In this document: positions 54,801 to 64,000 of the stretch, one piece after another
Layout: each line of letters starts with the position of its first letter
Numbering within the stretch: the stretch's first letter is position 1
Origin: Octopus bimaculoides
Taxonomy: Eukaryota
Reading direction: 5' to 3'
DNA: 64,000 nt
NCBI RefSeq assembly: GCF_001194135.2
Contig: NC_068997.1
Location: 56,828,596 to 56,892,595, forward strand
Made by a program: the position numbers and the translations under genes
Notes under the pieces: model-generated
Database searches by the model: none
Seen by the model: the letters and a program-made list of their open reading frames with translations, nothing else
Told to the model about the DNA's origin: nothing

Positions 54801-57542
54801 CGCATGTTATTGTTGAGTATCATTTCCTATTGATATCTAGCGCTTCTTATTGTCGAGTAGCACTATTTCATGTCGAGTAACCACTATTTTCATGAACCAC
54901 CTTCTATTCTCCAGTATTATTTACTACTGATATCTGCCATTTATTATTGTTGGATACCATTTGTCATTTTTGAAAACCACCAGCCACATGCTATTGACTC
55001 GTGCCAAACTTGCTAATTTAATACAGTCATGTTACGTAAATATTTCTGTCTCGAATACTATCTTCTTTATATTAAAGACGCAGGAGCATTTGTTGAGTGG
55101 TTGCTGTATTGTTACATTACAAGTGAACTTGGAGTGCTTCACTGTGTGGTAGTGGTGACATATCTAAACTTTTAAAGATAAAGTGAATCTTCAATAATTA
55201 TCCAAACTATAGAAGCAATGGGATTTTCTTTACATTAGGCAGTCTCTTGTGTATGTGACTATTTTTGAAAGTTATATAATATCTTTATTGTTTAATTTTA
55301 TTTTTTCTTGGAATATTTCTGAATTTAATTTGCTGGAAATTACTGCAGAGACAGGTTGTTGAAATTTTAGAAACTCAATTTACTGTGTATTTTAAACAAC
55401 ATGCATCGCAGTTTGCATGTATTGAAAGAGGTTAATTTTCATAGAATTGAATCTCATAACAAGTTGTTTACAACTACTCAACGCAAACGGTGAAAGTTTA
55501 AACTTTTATCGTTTACACAGACAAATTATAAAAATAATGAATTCATCTAAAGAAAAAAAAAAGAATATAGTTGTATAGCAATTCTTTTTATTTAAAACTG
55601 TGTTAAAAATGTTTTCCTTCCTGAAATTAGAAGAAAATTATTATTTTAAGCTTGTCGTCCGTTCTGTATGTTGACATGATGCTTCATTGAAACTGTTTGA
55701 AAGGGGGAAGACAAATATTCAAATCTAAGAATGAGCAATTCCACAGTTTCATCGTCAAATCATGAATATGTTTGACATTTCTAGAATGTCAAGATTTAAC
55801 TGCGTTTAATTATACTTGCACACCTGACATGGAACTTCATAACAATTTCCTCTGAAACAATGTTTCCTCTTCTCTATTTAACTGTCAGTTAGATGAGTTT
55901 CACACCATATTATACGAAATATCAAGAAGAAAAAAAAAGTCAAGATAATTTCATTTAAGCATTCTTTTCAGAACACGTGTCCTCCACGTAATTAAAAATT
56001 TATTACAAATAACATATTACGCTAAAAATATATAAATAAAAACCATAAACCCATTAAATAATCTGTAAAATCGACATTATTTCATGATAATGTTTTTGAA
56101 ATCACAATTATATATGTGTTATAAAATCTTTTAGAAAGAAACTGTTTTCATAACACTTTGTTCCTGATGTCTTACTTGATTCTCCTTTTCTCGTATACCG
56201 TTGTTTATATTCCAGAGCAAAAGTCTATATCTCTTCCTTGCTTTTACTTCCTTATCATAATTATATGCTATATTCGACATAACACTTAAATACACTGCAG
56301 ATACACATACAATAGATTGTTATTCCTTGTTACATTAATCTTTATCGTAGCGTGTGTTTTTTTTAAATCTCATAATTTGCAAAGGATTCCTATAATGTCA
56401 ATACTTTATTTTAGATTAATGTTCAGTGTTGGCATTACCAAATTTGTTATGGAATACGTCATGTTTATATTTCAAACGACAAAATTTCAAAACAAAACAA
56501 GACAGACTACTAAAATGTATTGTATATCCATTTATTAATTTCAATGCATGTCAAAGTTGAATTGTTCAATTTTCAATATGATACAAACACTTTACCACTT
56601 GAAATAGATTTTAATGATTTACATTTTCAAAATTTTATCTTATTTGTCGAAATTCACAAACATTTATTACTTGGGATTTGATAGGAAATCGTCCCCTTTT
56701 TGCTTTAAAGATGACAACTTAAGTGAAGAATTGTAGATAGAGTTATTCCCCCGAGGAATTAGAAATTACAGAAGTTTGTGTAAATGATTAAGTTATCTAT
56801 TGTATATTTGCTGTTTTCATATTTTTGAAATTATCAACTATCTTCAAGTAATTTATGGTACCAAATTAGCTAATTAAACATGATAAAGTTCTTACTACTG
56901 TTTCACCGACATTTCAGTCCTGATCAAAGACACTAATGGTCCAAGTGCAACATTGACAATCTCGACTTCTTTAGACAAGCTGTATCTACAGTTACATAAT
57001 TAAATAGTCCTTTCTTAAAAGACTTGCTTGCGCTATCTAGCAGTTTACGTTACAGAGGAAGGGTTTCGATATGGAGCCAGTGCTATAGTTTTGAATATTA
57101 TATATGGCGTGTGTTCCTAATATTCAGGAATTAAAGAATTAATCCTAGAATTAAGGAAAATTGCGATAGTATATTTGTCAGAGAATATAGTGAAGCTTAT
57201 AATCAAATGTTATAAACAAAGTGAATGTGTGGCTGATATTTGTTAAACAAGTTCATCTATCCTGTGCTGCTATTAAATCAATTCCAGGAAAGCAGCTAAA
57301 TTTCAGACTCGCGTTTTTCATTTAAATGTATTGTCGGGCTCCAAGCGTTTAATTAGTCCTGCTGTTATGATTTGTGAATTTGGTGTCCGGCCAAGCAACA
57401 AAAAGGAGAAATTTCTCACTCATAAACTTTCCATGTGCTGTAGCGTGTCACAGACTAACAGCAGTATGAAGCATTCGCTCTCTTCTTCCGTGTACTGATG
57501 ATATATTTCCTTTGCAGATACTGACATACTGACAAATGGCAA

Positions 57543-57861
57543 CATAAAGGTGGAAGCAGAGCAGAGGCTGGAAACTACAGGCCCATCTCTCTGACTTCAC
57601 ATATTAGCAAAGTCATGGAACGAATTGTCAGAAGGAGATTGATTGCGTTCCTAGAAGAAAATGACTTGCTGAATGAGACCCAGCATGGTTTCCGTCCAGG
57701 TAGAAGCTGCCTCACGCAGCTCTTGCAGCATTATGACTGGGTCCTGAAGCAGCTACTTGACCATTCAAATGTTGATGTGATATATCTCGACTTTGCAAAA
57801 GCCTTTGACAAAGTTGATCATGGCTTGATATGTCACAAGCTGCGAAACCTTGGCATAGCTG
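57543..57861 (+). mobile_element. 5'-truncated CR1/L2-type LINE, RT domains 1-3, running into a gap
   Basis: Uninterrupted frame HKGGSRAEAGNYRPISLTSHISKVMERIVRRRL...QHGFRPGRSCLTQLL...YLDFAKAFDKVDHGL. Confidence 0.95.
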
Positions 57862-58676
57862 NNNNNNNNNNNNNNNNNNNNNNNNNNNNNNNNNNNNNNN
57901 NNNNNNNNNNNNNNNNNNNNNNNNNNNNNNNNNNNNNNNNNNNNNNNNNNNNNNNNNNNNNNNNNNNNNNNNNNNNNNNNNNNNNNNNNNNNNNNNNNNN
58001 NNNNNNNNNNNNNNNNNNNNNNNNNNNNNNNNNNNNNNNNNNNNNNNNNNNNNNNNNNNNNNNNNNNNNNNNNNNNNNNNNNNNNNNNNNNNNNNNNNNN
58101 NNNNNNNNNNNNNNNNNNNNNNNNNNNNNNNNNNNNNNNNNNNNNNNNNNNNNNNNNNNNNNNNNNNNNNNNNNNNNNNNNNNNNNNNNNNNNNNNNNNN
58201 NNNNNNNNNNNNNNNNNNNNNNNNNNNNNNNNNNNNNNNNNNNNNNNNNNNNNNNNNNNNNNNNNNNNNNNNNNNNNNNNNNNNNNNNNNNNNNNNNNNN
58301 NNNNNNNNNNNNNNNNNNNNNNNNNNNNNNNNNNNNNNNNNNNNNNNNNNNNNNNNNNNNNNNNNNNNNNNNNNNNNNNNNNNNNNNNNNNNNNNNNNNN
58401 NNNNNNNNNNNNNNNNNNNNNNNNNNNNNNNNNNNNNNNNNNNNNNNNNNNNNNNNNNNNNNNNNNNNNNNNNNNNNNNNNNNNNNNNNNNNNNNNNNNN
58501 NNNNNNNNNNNNNNNNNNNNNNNNNNNNNNNNNNNNNNNNNNNNNNNNNNNNNNNNNNNNNNNNNNNNNNNNNNNNNNNNNNNNNNNNNNNNNNNNNNNN
58601 NNNNNNNNNNNNNNNNNNNNNNNNNNNNNNNNNNNNNNNNNNNNNNNNNNNNNNNNNNNNNNNNNNNNNNNNNNNN
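57862..58676. other. Assembly gap (largest of 12 N-runs)
   Basis: The other gaps are 1934-2263, 3319-3358, 11821-12289, 15074-15610, 19100-19273, 30946-30963, 37431-37440, 39223-39410, 49730-49739, 59438-59447 and 61536-61602, all beside microsatellites. Confidence 1.
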
Positions 58677-58984
58677 TATCTCGTTCTTATGTGAGATGCA
58701 GTGGACGGTACCTTTGGCACCATGCAGTGGCGACCCGTGCGGGCGTTCCTGTAGTACTTGATGCCAAAGTTTGGCACCAGTCCTTCCAGTATTTTCCATA
58801 TGTATATTATTAGATATCTCTCCCGCCTGCGCTCCAGGGAGTAGAGACCTAGTGCCTTCAGTCGCTCCCTGTAGTTCATCTGTTGGACTGTGGCGATCTT
58901 TTTTGTATAGTGCCGCTGAATTGCCTCGAGTTCTGCTGTCCGCTTAACACTGTGTGGTGACCACAACTGAGAGCAATAGTCTAG
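58677..58984 (-). mobile_element. CR1/L2-type LINE ORF2 C-terminal fragment
   Basis: Uninterrupted frame LDYCSQLWSPHSVKRTAELEAIQRHYTKKI...YRERLKALGLYSLERRRERYLIIYIWKILEG. Confidence 0.95.
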
Positions 58985-59395
58985 CCGTTAGTTAATCGTT
59001 AGATTAATTCAAATTTCCTTAGATTTCATACAAAAAATATTTTCTAAAAGTCAACAAGAGGCATAATAGTCATGCAATTTGTTATAAATAGCAACGTCAT
59101 TTCCATGCAATTAAAAGCTACGAGATTACAATGGGGACAAAGATCTGAAGAATTTATTCCAGTTTGCGCTCTGCTGCAGACTCGATGGACGCGTTGGTAA
59201 CGTGGAGAGTGCGAACCTAAATGTTATATCAACAACATTGTAAATCATATACTGAACAGCTAATCTGCAAACGTGTGTATCTGTGTGTATGTTTGTGTGT
59301 GTGTGTATGTTTGTATATATATATATATGCGTGTGTGTGTGTGTATATATATACGTGTGTGTATGTTTGGGTGCTAGTGTGTGTATATATGTATG

Positions 59396-59437
<42 letters not shown>

Positions 59438-59447
59438 NNNNNNNNNN

Positions 59448-59500
<53 letters not shown>

Positions 59501-59746
59501 ATATAGGTAGGTAGGTGGGTATAAAGTGCTTGAAGTGGTGTTCAGATTATATATTAAGAAAATGACAGAAAACACAGAAAAAAAGGAGGGGAAAGAAAGG
59601 AAAAGAAAAGGGACCTGCTACGTTATGTTGACGTAACCACAGCAACACTAATCTTCAAACCGTGGTGACTGACAGGCACATACATAAAGACGGATACTTA
59701 GGTACGTATATACATATGCATGCATACACACACATGTATGCATATT

Positions 59747-59808
<62 letters not shown>

Positions 59809-60589
59809 CACATGAGCCTATATATTTATGTCTATGTGTATCATATACTTCAGTGCATTTGTACGAATATCACCTTTTAGAATAATAATACACTTCTAAA
59901 TAATTTGAAAGATTGTTAAACTGCTTTCTTCAAAACCAGACAAAGGAAACCTGAGAGGCGTCTTTATGTGGTCTGGCAACCTGCTAGAAATATTTGCAAA
60001 ATTCTCCTCTATATTGCATTTCGTGTAATCATGAAGCAATAAACCTATTTGTTAATGTATTGTCACAAATGCAATATCGAAAAACAATACAGGATTGAGG
60101 AAGCAAATATTTTCTTTGAGATGTTTGCGTTTCTGGCTGACCTGGACCTAAACAACATCATCGTGATATTCATCTTAATCTCAATATATTTCACTGAATA
60201 TCTGGTGACATACAAACGACATCATAAATATGGACAACACAGCAGACTAATTTAAGTAATTGCCTGGGCTTCCTGTATTTCACATTTAAACTCTCACCTG
60301 CACATTTGAATCTAATTTTCTTAACCAAAATTACTATTTTTCTATCGCTGCAGGTAGAGATTTGTCAAATTTCTTATAATTATTGCAGACCAGTTTTATT
60401 TTCATTTTTTTCTGTCTCTGTATAGCGAGGGTTCCAGTTTAAGACTAAAACTAAACTGGCTTTTGTCAAAAGTCAAAGAATTTAAACTTAGCAAAAAGAT
60501 AACATGGAAAAAGTAATCTTAAAAATCGTAAATATATTTTTATCTTGTGTAATCTGTGTGCTTGGAGACATGGCTTTTTTCATCGGTAA

Positions 60590-60860
60590 TGATGATGACA
60601 ATTACGATGATGATGATGGAGATGGTTAAGATGCTAACGATGAACGTGGTAATGATGATGATGATGACGATGTGGATATTTGTGAAGATGAAGTCAACGA
60701 TAACCATGATGATGGCTACGCTATCAATAAGGAAAAGCATTACAGCAATGGCGATGATAAGAACGACGGTGTTGCTCTCGAAGGCTATGACAACACCAGT
60801 GGCAGCTGTGACGATGATTGAATACCGACGGTGGCTGTAATGATGATAATGATGAGGAGA
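60590..60860. repeat. Degenerate (GAT)n low-complexity tract
   Basis: Directly visible; explains the Met-rich and Ile-rich ORFs. Confidence 0.85.
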
Positions 60861-61446
60861 AGGTGCAGGAAGAGGTGAAGGAAGAGTGGAGGACGGAGTG
60901 CAAGAAGCGCAGAATCAACAACAAATCTAAATGGAATTGTTTTGCTAAAAGAAAAATAGATCTTAGTTGTCCAGCATATGAAGAATATTTTATCTCGGGT
61001 CTGTGTAAATATGAGTGCGATGACGTTGCTATTAGCTGTCAGTTTCTTAATGTTTGCAAAATATTTCCTCCAATGCAACAGACATAAGGATATGGAGAGG
61101 TTACTTAAAGAAAGTATTGTAACCTTTTAAACAGAAATATGAATGTTATTATTAGAACTTGACAAATTGTTGTCATACTTGGTTTTATGAGACAAATAAA
61201 CTAATTTCGCCAAATAAGTCTTCAATTTCGTGCACCAACTTTATATAGAAAACCATTTGCATTCACGTTATGTAAATTGTATTGTCAAAATTTTATTTCC
61301 TTCAGATTTGTGGTTTTCAGATATTGGCTGTCTTGCAACGTTTACGTTCGAGACAGAGCTAAAGAATTTCTGAATATCTCTAACACATTTACGGATTCAT
61401 TACAAGCGAAAAGTTATTGTTTATATATCAGACTGTTCTTTTATAT

Positions 61447-61495
61447 CTTGTGAGTCGATATGGTAGACGCAGATTGGAAGGAGCCCGTCGTGTAT
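61447..61495 (+). mobile_element. Short SINE family A fragment followed by (TA)n
   Basis: cttgtgagtcgatatggtagacgcagattggaaggagcccgtc versus 30826-30868 cttgtgagtggatttggtagacggaaactgaaagaagcccgtc. Confidence 0.6.
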
Positions 61496-62469
61496 ATGTA
61501 TATATATATATATATACATATATACATTATATATANNNNNNNNNNNNNNNNNNNNNNNNNNNNNNNNNNNNNNNNNNNNNNNNNNNNNNNNNNNNNNNNN
61601 NNATATATATATATATACATACATACACATACACGCACAACACTGGTTGTCTTCGAGGCTAGTGACATCTTCCATGAAACATTTGAATCAATTTTGTTCC
61701 AACCTTCGTCGACAGTTCCTGGGATTCACTTTGCCCATTGTTCCACAGGTAGCATAAAATGACTGCGATTGCATTTTTCCCACATTCATCTATGTAGTAA
61801 ATTTGTATATTTTCAGTATGTGAAAATCCCTAATATATAATTTTGTACAGTGAAAGCACAAATCTCTTAAAGAGTCTGTAAGTCGAAATATTTGGGCATA
61901 AAATTGAGAGCATTATATTATTGTTTATTCGGTACAATATTCCAAGTTCTCCAACAGCCAAGTCGAATCAGTATTTCTAACGTGTCAGGACACCAAGAAA
62001 AAATATCTTTTGCTATCAAATAATAAAAAGAATTTTTGTTGGGTTGACTCAGGTATTCATTTTGAGGTGAATGAGTTTAATTAAAATAATAGCGTTAGTA
62101 AGTAATTAAAGCGATGCAAATATCTATACCATATTCTTACATTGGTCTAGTAAAATACATTGTCGTGGTATAATTACTGGAGATAATTAAAGGGACATAG
62201 GTAATAGCATATTAAGGTGGATACAGTATTTGGACGTTAAACTCAGGATAACATTTAATCAGAAATCATATTGTTTAAGATGCTATGTCCAAATATAGTT
62301 GATAGTTAATATTTTGGAAACATACTCAGGCACTTAATTGATAGGTTTAATATTTTCTCTAATAAGCACATCATTAGCTTTATATAGTTTAACATTAGAT
62401 ATTAGCGTGCATCAATAAATATATAATTATTAACTAAAACGTCAGTTTACTAAATCTATCATTAATATT

Positions 62470-63000
62470 GACCTTGCACGTCGGTATATGAGGAATCAAC
62501 TTCAAAAAATTCTTCCATATTTACATATACGTTTGAATCGGCTGAAGAGACCGATGTAATTGGCCTCCATCTGCAAAATGACTGCAAATCGATTGAATAT
62601 GTTACATGAAAAAGATTGGAAATGAATAATGACGTTATCGTAAAGAATAAGAAACGTTTTATGGAAAGTAAATGTGGAGTGAGGTACGAGAGGAGGATAA
62701 GCAAAGCTATGCAGAGGCAAAGACTGGGATGTGATTTTGATGGTAAGATATTGCGGGTTGGTGGAAGGAAATCTATGCAACATTTGTGGCAGTTTAGTAA
62801 CAGCTTCTGAAATGTGTCGGTTAGGGAGAGAAACACAGTCCCTTGACTGTGATAGGGTGTGGTGGGGGGACTAAGGAGATGCTGACCAGAAAAGTCGTTT
62901 GAAGAAGAGAAGCGGATGTTTGGAAGACGGGAGGGATAGCGGAATCTGAGAGCAGTGGTGGAATGGACAAGGTAAAATATGGGAGGGAATGGAAAATGGT
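62470..63000 (-). mobile_element. Possible Penelope-like relic
   Basis: Long minus frames contain FSCNIFN...NYIG (GIY-YIG-like) and RWRPITS. The assignment is ambiguous. Confidence 0.25.
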
Positions 63001-63629
63001 TAAACGATGAATTTCTATATTACGTCTGCTTGAGTTCCATCAATATCTAGCCATCAGCTTTTCTGAAGTCTGTCATTTTATTTCATATAAACTGATAATG
63101 TCAAATATTGATCTCTATGTCCACCCCCAACTCCAAACTCAAATGTCCCGATGTGATTTAAGGATACAGAGGCCAATATTTTTAAGCATTTTGAGTTAGA
63201 TGTATTAATAACTAATTTTATCTTCCAGCTTTGGATATTTCAAAGGTTACATTTCTGCATATTGGAGTTAAGAAGATAAGATATGTTCAAAGAAATACAG
63301 ACGTGCATACGTGCACACATGCATACAAATATAGATACACACATATGTAAAAGAACACATATGTGTGTAGGTATGTTTGTACGTATACATGTGTGTGTGC
63401 ACGCGCGCAATGGAATAAGCAATTTTCATGTAGTTCCACACTCGGTTAGGAAATCGCTGGTATTTTATTTTACAATATCTTTTTGTTTCTTTCCCAACCG
63501 ATAAGCACAAACTGCAAATATTGACTCCTTCCTTATGTAACACTTCCGCGTATGAGCAAAATGTTTTTAATTTCTTTTTTTCTGATATTTATCCTTCATA
63601 TTATTGGAGTAAAACCTTATTTTTTTTAT

Positions 63630-63960
63630 CTCGATAACTTCCCTTGGTAATCCATTCCACTTCGTATGAAACCCGTTTGAGAAGATTCCCTATCGATTGT
63701 AGCTTCTATGCATCACTTCTTTAATCTTTTTGAAAAGCCTTTCATTGATTACTGATATAATTCTCAAGATATTATCTCTGTCAACGTTGACTTCACTTAC
63801 TATCATCTTATAGACATTTGTAAAATTTCTTTTTCTCAATGTGACGATCATTGATGCTAAGTCATAAATACGTTATATAACTGGCCTTATAGAAGAGCTC
63901 CTCTAATGCTGCATGTTCCCTACCAGCTTCTAATTCTCGATAAAGCATGGTTTCCAAGTA
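63630..63960 (-). mobile_element. Old CR1-type LINE 3' end relic
   Basis: Minus frames give VYKMIVSEVNVD and FSNGFHTKWNGLPREVIE (cf. YKI..G...VD and FFSNRVV..WN.LP.EVV). Confidence 0.6.
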
Positions 63961-64000
63961 ATAATATTATATTTGATATAGAGTCCCATCGTACAACTGA

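Noticed and set aside
60818-61087. 89-aa Cys-containing ORF
   Set aside because: It starts within a (GAT/GAA) low-complexity tract and has no domain pattern or splice support.
1-64000. Most ORFs in the track (MYVC.., HTHT.., YIYI.., poly-X)
   Set aside because: They are translations of microsatellites or N-gaps.

Overview
This is AT-rich eukaryotic DNA, almost all intronic or intergenic. It is dense in microsatellites, and 12 N-gaps interrupt it, 11 of them beside simple repeats. The repeat landscape of tRNA-headed SINEs, (TA)n/(CA)n/(GTAT)n tracts and LINE/mariner relics suggests a cephalopod, probably Octopus; this is inference from recalled repeat families and was not database-checked. 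Nearly all ORFs in the supplied track are microsatellite or gap artefacts. Recognisable content: two well-preserved pieces of a CR1/L2-type LINE facing each other across a gap (57.5-59.0 kb), a decayed maT/DD37D mariner transposase (26.6-27.6 kb), an R4/Dong-like restriction-endonuclease relic (36.6-36.9 kb), several older LINE relics and at least three SINE families. No complete host gene can be named. The best host candidate is a + strand exon at 46021/46056-46132 in a CpG-enriched patch, which joins in frame to a 31-nt microexon at 48576-48606. The most unusual structures are a tRNA-headed SINE with the scaffold of a minimal hammerhead ribozyme (23.7-23.95 kb) and a 50-bp inverted repeat formed by (TA)n-associated elements (50.8-51.6 kb). 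I cannot support a novel multi-gene system from this window.
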